DNA of 62,132 bases, filler included, from Sluysia triapertura (Eukaryota): NCBI GenBank assembly GCA_046118255.1. It is 5 parts of 5 records of this genome, joined end to end, with 100 filler letters (N's around TTAATTAATTAA, not from the genome) between each part and the next. Parts side by side here need not be neighbours in the genome. Positions count along the whole stretch, not along the records: positions 22,615 to 37,715 come from JBJNIA010239327.1; positions 37,816 to 49,325 come from JBJNIA010183934.1; 3 more parts are not named here. The stretch is one strand, 5' to 3'. Below are positions 27,259-40,077 of this stretch, in pieces; positions within the stretch are counted from its first letter, which is position 1, and each line of letters opens with the position of its first letter. Made by a program: the position numbers and the translations under genes. The notes beneath the pieces are model-generated. The model searched no databases, was not told the DNA's origin, and saw only the letters and a list, made by a program, of their open reading frames with translations.

Positions 27259-27319
27259 AGCCAATGAAAATCGATCGAATGTTCTAGAACATTCTAGAAG
27301 CTTCTATTCTATTTATAGA
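27259..27319. promoter_or_regulatory. CCAAT box, perfect six-unit heat-shock element and TATA-like motif
   Basis: AGCCAATGA (27259-27267); cGAAt gTTCt aGAAc aTTCt aGAAg cTTCt (27276-27305); CTATTTATAG, which reads TATAAATAG on the minus strand (~27310-27319). Confidence 0.7.
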
Positions 27320-28183
27320 AGCAAATGTTCTTTTTCAGAAATTTTATTTTATTTTTTTGAAAATAAAATTTCTTTTCTGGAAAATTAATATTTCTTAGGT
27401 GTTTTTTGACACTTATAAATAATTTTAAAACATTTTGTGAGATTTTAAAGGGTTGTGATGACAGACCTAACAGTAAATAAATAATTCAAAAAATTTCATC
27501 GAATGAAATGACAAATATAATTTGTTCTGTGTTTGTCCTACTATTATTCCTTCACATATTTTTTTACAAAAATTAATAGTTAACAAGGGACGTTGCAGAT
27601 TAAACTTAAGAATGAAAAAATAAGATATTTTAGTAATAAAATCGAAATAGAAAAATAAATAGTAAAAACAAACAAATACAAAGTAATGCATCATTATCAA
27701 ATAAGTCTACAAGTAAATAAATTCTAATATTTCTAAACCTAAATTTAATTAAATATATAGTCGAAATTGACAATATTATCACCAAAATACATAAATTATG
27801 AAAGTTATTGATAATATAAAATTATTCAAGAAATTATTGATCATAATAAAAAATCAGTGAAGTATATACTCTATAGAAGGAAACCGTTTTCTGAAATAGC
27901 ACAATAAAATTTTCTTAAAACAAAAACAGGAAATAATATATACTTTTATAGTTTTGGATACAAAATATATAGCTGAAATTATGTACAAAAAATCTTTTTT
28001 GGAATTTTGTGTAAATGGAAATCAAAATGCTTTAATTCCGTAAAACATTTTAAATTATAAAATATAAATTAATTCTAAATTTATAAAATTATAAATTTTG
28101 TATTTATTACAGTTAAACTAACTGATAAAAGTTGAAATTAAGTATAATGTAACGTATAAAATGAACATTTAATAAATATTTAA

Positions 28184-28480
28184 CCCTTTAACACAGACTT
28201 ATTTGAGAAAACCCGGCATAAAATTAAACTATTTACTTAAGAAAAAACTTTTTAATCAAAGGTAATCAAAATTTCAATTGTAATTTTGATTTACATTGCA
28301 GATAAGAGCCGAATATTGCAAAATTTTATTTTGTATAATATATTTTGAATCAAGGTGCAGCACATAGCCAAACATTGCAAATGTTACACATATAACGACT
28401 CTCTTTTCTTTTCATTTTTCCTTTGTTATCTCTTTTATCTTGTAGGAGCTTCTTTTTTGTTGTGATTGAAACAAAACTGG
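28184..28480 (-). mobile_element. piggyBac transposon 3' remnant
   Basis: KRKESRYMCNICNVWLCAAP (piggyBac C-terminal cysteine-rich domain), then terminus TTAA|CCCTTTAA at 28180-28191. Confidence 0.75.
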
Positions 28481-29318
28481 GAAAATGAATTAAACTATTA
28501 CATAAAACAAGAGAAACAAGCATTTGATATTTCATGACCAAATCGTAAAATATAAATTCACGAAATTGCAAATTATAAAACACCAAATGATAAATTATCT
28601 CGAGTATGCGCGATTTGGTATGTTTAGCGCTTGAATTAATTTGAGGGATTAAGATAAAAAGGCTTTTGTAAAATACAAACAATAATTTTAAGATAAAATA
28701 TTTTCTGATACATTAAAATAATATTTTAAATACACAAAATTATCTACGAAGAATTCTATGTTACACAGTTTTGCTCTTATAACTTCCTTATGTGTATACT
28801 CCATTATATAATTTTTTAAACGTTTATAAAATTAAATTAAATACTTCATAATCATGTATAATGTCTAATAACAGCTTATTTATTTATACATAAAAGTGTC
28901 CTTCAATTTTTTAGTTTAATAAAACACCGTATTTATAGGAACTTATAAAGGTGATCCTTGAGTCATTAATGAAATTTGAGTATTTATTAAATTTTTATTA
29001 AAATTTATTAAATTTTTAACTTAGATCGAAAATTTTTTATTATTCAACGATGTTAATCAAACTATTTTTTGAATGAAACTTTTTACTTCTCAAATTTTTG
29101 TTTTAATTAATCAAACTATTATACTAAAATAGAACAACTTTAAAAATTTAGGATTTAAACAATACAATTAATTTTATTAAATAAATAGTAGTAGCAATGA
29201 TGTAAAACATTAATTAACATCAAAATCTATTGGTAATTAATTAATTAATTAATACTTTCCACATTCATGAGTTAAATATTAACCTCTAAAATCGATTACA
29301 AATAATTCTATCTAATGT

Positions 29319-29321
<3 letters not shown>

Positions 29322-29393
<72 letters not shown>
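29322..29393. repeat. (AAT)n microsatellite
   Basis: Read directly from sequence. Confidence 0.95.
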
Positions 29394-29396
<3 letters not shown>

Positions 29397-29654
29397 TATA
29401 TCACATAGAGTGAAATAATATCTAAATTGATTTAAAAACATTTATAATAAAATCGTAAAAAATTATTATTATACTTTCTAAATCCAAAGCGTCCTACTGT
29501 ATAAACCTATCTGTTTTCCGAAATCTACCTTAAATTATTTTAGTTATTTTAATTATATCTTAAATGAATTAATAGCAAATATCAGAATTATTAAATATCC
29601 ATACCAATTATAAATTTATATAGAATTTTCTATTACTACTACTACTACTACTAC

Positions 29655-29694
<40 letters not shown>

Positions 29695-30981
29695 TAATAA
29701 TTCTATTCAAAAATTATTTTTTATAATTACTTTCTACTTATAGTTAAATTCGTTTTTACACTTAATATCTTATAAACGATATTACCAAAATAATATATCC
29801 AGCTTCATCTATATAATAATAATTAATTTACTTATATAATATTGCTCTGGTTTTTTTTCATAACCTACGACAAAAATAAAAGTGAGCAAGATCCGATTAC
29901 AGTAAACGAGAATAAAATAAATAGAGAAATGTAACTCTCAATTTTCTTACTCTTCACCCTACTGTATATATCTTAATTTCTAAAAAGATAGAGAATTCCT
30001 TAGAGAATTCAAATAATACGCTTTTCATATATATATCATAATTACACTGCTTCATCATGTCAACTTTGATATTTTGAAAAATTGATTATGAATCATCCAA
30101 CTGAACTACAAACCACAGAATAACAAAACACAAATGTTATTGTAATTAAAGTTTTATTAACAAATTATGGTTATTTAATTGGGTGCAAATTAAAGTCTTC
30201 AATTTTTATAAATATGAAGTATATCTAGAGAACTGAATTTGTTTAATTGGCATAAAAATTCCAATTAAAACAGTGTTATGAAATTGAGATATAAGCTATT
30301 TTATATACTAGTCATCAGCACTCTAGAATTTTCGACTTCTTTTTTAGAAAATGTTATTTTCTTTTTAGAGTTTAAAGACTTGTGATGACAACTCCACAAT
30401 AATATTCTATAATTCATTTATATTTTCATATACATTCATTTATTGATTTGTATCAGTCTGCCGTTGTTAGTATTTCTATAGTAATAAAAAATCAATTCTT
30501 TATTGTTCTTTCTGTACTACCATACCATCTGTAACCTCTATTTGCTAAGTGTGGAGAATTTTATTTTGTTTTTCAAACTTTTTGCTATTTTAAGATGCTA
30601 ATTTTAAATATACTAAAATTCTTTTAAAATTACTAAGATTAAAATAAAATTAATTTACTTAAACCTTTTATAAGAGTTTTAAGATTGTTTTTGTTTATAT
30701 ACTATTATTACATTTATGATAAGACAAAGTCTACTTTCTACAGAAAGTATATTCTTTCGTTGCAGCTTATGTCATTAGCAAAATGTTAAGATGTTCACTA
30801 TTTAAATGATTTTCTAAAATTACGACAAATATAATCGTTAAATTTAATCAACTTATTACTATTTTTAAGATATCAATTTTCATATTAAAACAAATATTTA
30901 ATACTATCTTTTAATACTATTTTATAAAAATACTCATCTATTTAATGTTTACCAAATTACTAAATTAATATAATATTTTAC

Positions 30982-31134
30982 CTCACGATTCGAAGATTCT
31001 GAAATGTCTCCAACCATAAGAATTTGAACTTTTTCACATTGCAATAAACTTTGTGTATGCATCATTATTTTAAATATTAAATTTTTCAAACTACATTGTT
31101 CTTCAAATATCACTTTAGCGAGATCTAATAATAC
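30982..31134 (-). CDS. Internal exon of a GAF-domain cyclic nucleotide phosphodiesterase (PDE5/6/11-like, start of GAF-B)
   Basis: 153-nt phase-0 exon, tttcag|GTA...GAG|gtaaaa, encoding VLLDLAKVIFEEQCSLKNLIFKIMMHTQSLLQCEKVQILMV; the LLDLA..IFEEQ motif is typical of PDE5/PDE11. Confidence 0.88.
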
Positions 31135-32675
31135 CTGAAAAAATAGATAAATAATCAACTTTTTCATAATGATAGTATATGTTTGCATTGCACACCATTG
31201 GACCCATAAAGTAACAAAATTAATTTTTTCATTAAACAGATTTATTATGTAACATATTACTAGAAAATAAAGGATAAAATATATTGATATTTTTACATAC
31301 AAAATTAGAATAAAACAAAAGTATAATGAAATTTTTAATTATGAAAGGATTATCTCCCAAAATCTTATACAAATATATAAAGAAATATATGTATAATATT
31401 GGATCCAGGAATTGTTGAATATAATTTCCGTATAGCTTGGGTTTTTTCCTTTTTAGATTTGCATTTGATTCGCCAATTATGGTTAATCGAAGAGGTGGAA
31501 TTTTCCTTATATCTTCATAATTTAATTATTTATTTATATCTTTTTGCAATTGGTAATCTTTACTTCATCTTAAATCCATATTATTGTGTTTTATTACTTT
31601 GATTATTATTATTATTATAATTATTATAATTATTATAATTATTATTATTATATACAATATATATACAAAACACATTTTTGTTACAGTTTTATTATCTTAC
31701 TACAAATTTATTACCATCTACGAATGTTACTATTTTAATTATTGCAAGTTTACTTGATAAAGTAATTTTAAATATTTATTTTTAACGTAAAAGAAACAAA
31801 CTTGGAATTACTGAAACTGCAATTCGTCGAAAAATCGATATTGATAACGGCAATAATAATTAAAGTAAGTTTGAATCATTGTTATTTAATTGGTAATCTT
31901 CATTATAGAAAGAACACGTAATTAAAATGCCAAAGCTAGTAAAGCAGAAATAGGTTTTGTAGGACAATTTCATTATTATTAAGTTTTATTAGATATTTCA
32001 TGTGAAATATGTATATTTGAATTTGTTATTTTTTTATAAGGTTTGTCAATTTATATTAAATCAACAAATTTAAAATTTAAATCAATAATTAAATTTACAT
32101 GTACAATAAAATAAAATATGTAAAATTTATCAGCTGATAAAACTGCAAATGTAATTAAATTTCATTTGTTAATTCTGTTTAGTTACTAATTTATAAATAA
32201 ACACTTACAATTTCATTTTTTATCATTTCTAAAAATAGGAATTCAAATTATTTTAAATACAAGTTTTATAAGCAGGAGTTTTATTTGTCCAATAAAATTT
32301 AGTTATTATTCTTTTTAATTTTATGTTATTATAATAAACAATTTAAATTAATGAAATCAATATTCGAAGATGATATATAATAGTAATAGTAATAGTAATA
32401 GTAATAATAATAATAATAAAGTTTAAAATATTATTAATTACATCTTCAGATTTTCGGGGATACAATCAAACATTAAGTTTAGATGTCTGTGACGAATACG
32501 TAAAGTTGGTAAAATTTTCACTATTTTATTGAAAAATTTAATTTTAATTTAAATTAAAATTTAAATCTAATTTAAGTGAAATAAAAAATACGAAAATAAG
32601 TTTCATCAAAACAAAAATAATCTACTTTATTATAAATAGATATTTACGGCAAAATTAGACTCCTATACAGATTTA

Positions 32676-33620
32676 TTAGGTTGGCAATTAATAGGTGTGT
32701 AGTTAATAATATTGCCATCTTTAGCAGCTTATTATTTAACTGTGGCTTAATATTTTAACATTCTTTTTTGTTGGAAAGTTACACCTATTGCTTGTTTAAA
32801 GAAATCATGCTAAGCTCTAAAAAGTAGTAAAAATGTTTGTTGAACATTGAATGACCGAAAATTCGTACGTTGAACTACGACATCGCAGATAGTAGATAAT
32901 ATCAAGATGGTTCGCGGTAGTCCAGATCAAAGATCAATAATGATAAATTGAAGATCACTGTTAAGTCTGATTCATCTCAAAGTGTCTACGAATGTTCGTT
33001 GAATTTTGGTGCTAGCAAACAAACAAATCGGTAAAGTGAAAATGTTGTATACATGGATACAGAGAAAAAGCTTGCTTTATATTGCTTCCTCATCAAAAAA
33101 CCGATACATTTTTAATCAAATTATCACTTGCGATAAGAAGTGGATCCAATTTGACATTTTCAAACATTCATCACAGTAGTTGAACAAGAACGAATCACCA
33201 AAACACACTTCAAAGAGCAATATTCATCAGAAGAAGCTGATGGTGAGTGTTCGGTGGTCTAACACACAAATGTAATTCGATGACAGCAGACATATACTGC
33301 AACCAAATGGACGAAATGATGCAAAACTTAAAGAAAAACAGCTTGAAATGGTCAACAGATCGACTTCGATCTTATTGCACGATAACGCTTGATAGCTCAC
33401 TATACAAACCAATGTGGCAAAACTATAGGAATTGGAGTTGGAACTTCATCATCTTTCACAGATTAGTCCCCACACCTTTTTAATAAGAAAACCATTGAAT
33501 TCGGATAATACTGTGAACTGGTCATCCGCCAGAGTTTTATACCACCGACCTGAACAACTTGTTGCTTAAATGCAAAAGTGTATAAAAAATATCGGTTCAT
33601 ACTTTGATGAATTAAACAAT
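32676..33620 (+). mobile_element. Decayed mariner transposon
   Basis: TA|TTAGGTTGG left end; frameshifted transposase motifs IITCDKKWIQFD, HQKKLMVSVRW, DIYCNQMDEM, LLHDNA, QKCIKNIGSYFDE. Confidence 0.88.
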
Positions 33621-33799
33621 TCCTTAAATTTGAAAGTTATCAACAAATTTGTATTTTTCATAAATTTCATCCTTGAGTAACAAATATTATTTGTGGTTGA
33701 GTAACAGATATTATTTTCGAATGTTAATTTATAAATATTAAATAATATTTTAGAAAATTGATTTATTATTACAAGTTAAGTTTTAAAATGAATTTGAAT

Positions 33800-34080
33800 A
33801 ACATACAAAATTGTAGATCAAAGTAATAGTGGAAAATCACATTTTGTATGTAAATAAGTTTAAAAATAGTGTTAATAAAATATACTGGAATCAAAGCGGA
33901 TATGAAGAAGCAGAATTAAAAAAATATAATTGGTCAATCGGAGTACAAAAACATGATGTAATCGTTATTGATGACTTTTCATAAGAAGCTAATAAACAGG
34001 ATGATTTTAATAATTTATTCACAAAAATAGGTACAATGGAACTCAAAATCTGTTTCATTAAGATGGAAATCATCGAACTC
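33800..34080 (+). mobile_element. Maverick/Polinton packaging ATPase remnant
   Basis: Broken frames give, in order, KIVDQSNSGKSHFV (Walker A), DVIVIDDF (Walker B), NLFTK and TQNLFH*DGNHRT, matching the Maverick ATPase pattern GxSxSGK...IIDD...LFTK...TQNLF...RT. Confidence 0.65.
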
Positions 34081-34921
34081 CAACATGGGTACTTTTAATC
34101 CAAATGGATAAACAATTTATCAAATAAAATATTAATTAATTATGACTAATTTCGTAGTTAAACCTAATAAAGTCAAATACATTAAACAATTAATTTTTAC
34201 TGTCTCAACAAAACAAAAAGATGAAATTTGAATGTAGTTTGCCATACTTTCATGTAGTGTGGAAAGCAACAAATATGCTAAACTTGCAATTTTAATTGAT
34301 TATTTAATTGATATATTGATTATTTAATTTTATATTGGTAAAATAAATGTAAATGAATCTAAAAAGAAACAAACATTATTGAAATATAAAAATCAATTTA
34401 TTGATTTAAAAAATTCAAAAAAATAAGTAATTTATGGAAAAACGATCGATTTATTGGTACAATACTACAATTTATGGCACCACTTGATAGTGGACTAATA
34501 AGATGTGGACTGGGATAATCAAAATATTTAAATATTAATGGATTCAGTATTATCGAATCAGAAGGATCAAAAAAAGAAAAGGCTAAATATGGTTCAATCC
34601 AAATACAGTTAGAAAACCTATCAAAAAATAAATAAATTATAATTCCACATTAAACTAAATTAATAACGACTACAAATATATTTACATTTTCAAGATTTAC
34701 AAAATTCAGTACCAGTTAAATCAAAGAGTGGCAAAGATGTGAATGAGACGACAAACCAATGTAAATTAATTATGTCACGATCTGATACCATTTTATATTT
34801 TATACTATTTATTTAATCAAGTTATATAATACTTCGTTTACATAAAATACTTTTATGACATATTTTATGTTTGTTTAACCCCTTACCGGTTAATTATTAT
34901 TATTATTAAATTTGAATTAAG

Positions 34922-35333
34922 TAATTTCGATAATTGGGAATCAATTCAAGTTGAATGTCAAAAACGTCGGATTCAGTTTTTCCCTTCTATCAGTCCTGGA
35001 TACAAGGACGAGTCTATACGACCATGGAATTCACAATCTACTCAACCACGTCAATCCGGACAGTATTACACTTCCTCATTCCAAGCTGCTTTAATGGCTG
35101 CTACTAAATCGAAATCATGGCTAGGTTTTGGTATAACTTCGTTCAATGAATGGCATGAAGGAACCCAGATTGAACCTGCATCATCTTTTCAAACGAATAC
35201 GTCTGTTAATGCAATTGAGAGGATTTATGATTATTATGCAGAAGGACCTCTTTTGTACTTGAATTTAACTAAGAAATTCGTGCAATCATATTCGTTCCAT
35301 TCTAAAAGTACTGCTGATAGCAAAAATACTTGA
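34922..35333 (+). CDS. MANEA: Terminal coding exon of glycoprotein endo-alpha-1,2-mannosidase (GH99, MANEA/MANEAL-like)
   Basis: Open frame from acceptor ttaag| at 34921: NWESIQ...FFPSISPGYKDESIRPWN...GQYY...ITSFNEWHEGTQIEPA (GH99 catalytic motif EWHE); stop TGA at 35331-35333. Confidence 0.9.
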
Positions 35334-35344
35334 TATTATTATTA

Positions 35345-35392
<48 letters not shown>

Positions 35393-36439
35393 TGACGTAA
35401 TAAATAATAAGTTTGTTAATTGCAGAATTCTCGAAAGGTTCACTTTAAAAATATTTACAAACATTCCTCGAAATGAATTCAATTTGTGTCTCAAAGAATG
35501 AACTTCTTATTTCTAAAGCAATACTTGCTTTACAACAAAATCAATGAAACCGAGTTATATTTACACAATCACTATTAGTAGAAAGTTATCTCTTAATATA
35601 GATGATTTTTAAGATATTGATTAAGGTAGAAGATTCGGCTACATTAATACAATAATTTTCAAATAAGAACCAAAGTAATTAAACAAATCAAAGTAAATGC
35701 ATGGTGATATACAAACTCAAATGAACAAGATAGAGTTTCCAAAAAAATATGAATTCACATAAACTAATAAACTAATTCAATCAAGATATCCGTAATGAAT
35801 AATATTAAAAATTGTCGTAAATTTAGGGCATCTAGGCCCTTAAATAATCAAATGATTAAAAATCGATAGCCATGCTCCAAAAATTAAAGAAGTTAATATT
35901 TCCAAAAACTTAATATTTTATAAAAAGTAAATCATAATATTGATTATTGGAATAACAGAATTTTGAATCTCAATTCTAGTGGGTATGTTCTATTCAGATG
36001 ACTTCCTACTTGTCAGTTATTACGAGTATTAGCAATTTAACATCAATGCTAAGAATTGCCAAGTTATTGTTAAAAGAGAGTTAACTTGTACTTATTACAA
36101 TTATGTCATTCGTGACAGTGGTAACACCAACATAAACGTAGATTTTGATAGAATTAAAGTATATGATTCGAAAGTAGATGTGTACGTTTACAAAGTAATT
36201 GTAGATAATTTTTGTAGGGAAATTACATCAAAATTACAAACACACTTCATCACATACGCACATTTCTTACATAAACAAAACACTAAACAAATTACTTGAG
36301 TCATTTAAAAATAAGGATAGTCATTGTATATAATTATCATTAGTTATATTTATTGTTATCATAACCTCTATCATAATAATTGTTTGGGTTGTCTACTTAG
36401 TGTGTAAAATATTTGAAATATGATAATATAAACAATTAA

Positions 36440-37050
36440 ATATTTCTAGAGCAAGAATAATGAACAGTAAAATGTTTATAATCATTTTGAAACCGAAGAA
36501 TATCTTGGAGTTCCAAAGACCTTTATGAGACCCTATGAAGACTTAAGTAAGGTTTGGAAAGATGTTTTGAAATATGACGATACCTTGTATTTCTGAACCT
36601 TGGAATCATTTTAGACCTTGCTGAATGATCTTGTTGATCTTTCGGAATCTTAGAAGACATTTAAGATCTTAATAAACTTTTGAGACCTTCGAATAACCTT
36701 GTAAAAGGTTTGGAACCTTTGAAATGTTCAAAGATTAAAATTACGGTTAATGATATTAAAGACAAATTCAATACATTAATAATTAAACTAAAAAGTAGAA
36801 AAATGAATCGGAGTAGTGAAGGTGAAAACATCTAAAGCCTCCTGAGTACCTTATAAAGTATTTAACAACTTTATAATCATGATAAAACCTTTAAACTTAG
36901 AATAAAATAAGTTTAATTAATTAAGGAAAATTACGTTCGTGTAAATAACTTTTGAATGAGGAATGTTATGTTAAAACTTTAATTGTATGTGTTTTAATAA
37001 AGTTATTTTGTACTCCTGATACCATTTTAGAAAGATTGGTTCAATGGTCG
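36440..37050 (-). repeat. Dispersed repeat family, modules B and A contiguous
   Basis: Same orientation and sequence as 47630-48150; reverse complement of 46800-47520. Confidence 0.8.
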
Positions 37051-37715
37051 GACAACGATTTGGAGATATTGTATTATAGTAGTTTAGTAAAGTTATTTTA
37101 AGATCCTTACACCTAAGGGTTTATTACTTGCAATACTGAAATTTGATAAGATTGACGTCAATAAATTTATCATTGAGTTGGTGTTTATACGTAAGTTCAT
37201 AATTCATAAGACCTTTTTTTACTTCATGAAAATTTCTTTTAAAGTTAAAATTATTTCTTATTACATCTACGTTAATGATGTTAATATAAAAATTACCATA
37301 AACAGGATATTTATAAAACCCACAAAAAGAAACTTTTATTAATTCATGAACTGAGTCAAAAAAACAATAAGTAAATTTCGAATTTTTATTTAACATGAAA
37401 TTAAATTTATTATTTTTATGGCTGCATCCTGTTGTACTTCAGTCGGCCTTGCACTATAATTATGGTCTAAAAAAATAGAATACTTGAATAAAAAAATGAA
37501 CAAGAAAAATAAAAATTTACTAGACATGTCATTTCACCATAGCAATCATCGTCTCCATTCTGAAACAGATTGATATTCTTGGATCTTCGTCTTGTGACAC
37601 GAAGCATATCTATCTGAAGCAATTTAACTGGAACAAGGCGACATGTTTCAAATTTGAAATTTAATCGTAACATAACTGGGTCATATGTAAGATCGTTCAG
37701 ATCAGTATTTATAAT

Positions 37716-37815
37716 NNNNNNNNNNNNNNNNNNNNNNNNNNNNNNNNNNNNNNNNNNNNTTAATTAATTAANNNNNNNNNNNNNNNNNNNNNNNNNNNNN
37801 NNNNNNNNNNNNNNN
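37716..37815. other. Artificial contig spacer
   Basis: 44 N + TTAATTAATTAA + 44 N. Confidence 0.97.
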
Positions 37816-38510
37816 ACATGTCAGCAGCTTGTGTATTTGTTATTTTGCAAGGTTATTATGTTTACACTATATTCAATAAAAGTATAAATAAAGTGCTATC
37901 CTGGAAAACATTTTACATTTTATCAATATTTATTATAATTGATACTGTTATTTTATTTACATTTTTCCGGTTAACAAATCTCGTTTATTTATTAAATTTA
38001 TTACTTGTTTCTGTGTTTTTAATTGTTTCGGGCCTTAAGTCCATGTTTATAAATTCCAAAATAATGCGTTTTAATTTTATTAATTTAATTATAATTTATT
38101 TTCTAAAAATAAATAAAAATAAAGTTAACTTAGAATTTGTAAAATTAAAAATAATATTGCCCTCCGCACACTCGTCTCCGAAATTATCATAACTATATCG
38201 ACATGGAAAATGAATACGATTGTTTAATGACAAACATGTTTGTATTTATTTATAGGTTATTCTTATTTCGGATGTATTTTTACTTGAGAAATCTTTATTT
38301 CCGACATCTTTCAGTTCTTCCGCTATGACTTTACTTGAATCCATTATTTGATCGTTGTTTAGATGATTATCCGTGGTCATTTTTAAGTTTTTTGTAATAT
38401 AGCAAATTTTCCACATGAGAATTATTATCGATTTATTTTGTTGCACAAACTAGTAAAAAATTATGGTATTTTTACTTTTACAAATTTACTTTTTTTAGAC
38501 GATGACCAGT

Positions 38511-38681
38511 GATTGGTCATCCAACCAGAATTCTTTATGTATAATTTAATGAAATTAATTCTGGTTGGATGCCAGTTACAAGAACAGAAATTCAATCAAA
38601 TGTTAATGACGAATGATTGGCCGTCATCAGTGTTGACACAATAATGATGTTTGTGATGAGAAATGTCAACACTGGTGATGG
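38511..38681 (+). ncRNA. Two tandem stem-loops (candidate pre-miRNA pair or other structured RNA)
   Basis: 15-bp perfect inverted repeat 38518-38532/38557-38571; 18-bp stem 38621-38638/38664-38681 whose two DNA mismatches are both G-U pairs on the + strand. Confidence 0.3.
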
Positions 38682-40077
38682 TAGTAACAAATTATATTAT
38701 TTTGCAAAAATTTAATTAATTAAATAAAACTTTATAACAATAATAATAACAATGTTGCATAAACTTCTTATGATAATTCTACATGAGCTTGCATTTAGTA
38801 CTCTAATAATTTCTGAACATATTTTAAATCTAGATAAAACAAAAAATGAATTTGAATGTAGTAGCAACAGTAACAAGATGCACGATGTTCGAGTTATTGT
38901 TGTTATTGCATTGCATAAACGTGAATTCTTTAAAATTGTACACGATCTAACTTTAATTCTTCTAGATTTATTGACATAATTTAAACTAATAATCTTGGAG
39001 TATCAATTAGCTTGAATGTATTTATATGAGTAATTAACGTCTTAAGTTATAATAGTATTTGTTATGCAATGCAGTTAAATGCGGAATACTGGAATGAACT
39101 TTTAGATATTGACTTATGTTTTTGGTTGAGAGTGCATTTAAATATTGGAAGATCGTGAATAAAAGACCTATTGAGAAGAGTGTAATTTGGTAAACGTAGA
39201 AAGGCGACTACAATACAACTCTTGGTATATTTAAAATATTATTGTGCAGTGTTTTATGTGATTTGTTTATTTGGTGTTTTGGATGGTATTGTATTGTGTT
39301 GTTGGTGATTATGCATAGACGAATAGTGAATTTAAGATGTTGTAATTGATTCGAAGGTGTAAAGTAGATAATTTATATGTTTTAGATAAATTTGTTGATG
39401 TAAGTTGATGGTATTAGATGTAACTGTGGTTTGTATATTAAGAGCTTGTGAATATGGCTTAACTTAGGTAAATGAACTATTTTGTGAGTGTATTGGAGGT
39501 TTAATTAATCTTTTTTTAAATTTAAACAGTTATAAAGGTTGTCCACTACATACTGTATCTAATAAACTTTGATAGTCTGTACCATGTAACAGTCTGCTTA
39601 ATTCTCAAAGAATGTTGTAATAATTTGTGTAAGAGAATATTTAATCAAAAACTCGGGAATTATTGGAAGATGAGAAAGTATAAAAAGGAACATATAAAAA
39701 TTTTAAACACAACACAACAACAAGTAACGAGGCTTTAGTGCTACTGCTGTGAAGGTCCATGTATTTAGTAAAATTTTTAATTTATTTTATTTTATTACTT
39801 TGATTTTAAGTAAATTAGTCTTTATAGTATGAATACGAATTATTTGTTTTCTTATTTTTATTGTGACACAAAAATAGCAAATCATTCCCTTATATAACTT
39901 AAATTACTGTGCCTAATTACATCATTAAATTTCAATTTACTTTAAAAGAAATGGCTATAGAAATTGAATTTTATTGAATGGATATTTAATAAAATATTAA
40001 TGATTATTTTTCGAGCATAAAATCAGTAGATATGCTTAAAAATAAAAAATGAAAACGTATTTAAAACTCGTTTTGAT

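Noticed and set aside
29475-29535. Possible next PDE exon on the minus strand
   Set aside because: Acceptor-like site present, but the phase-0 frame hits a stop and the similarity needs a frameshift
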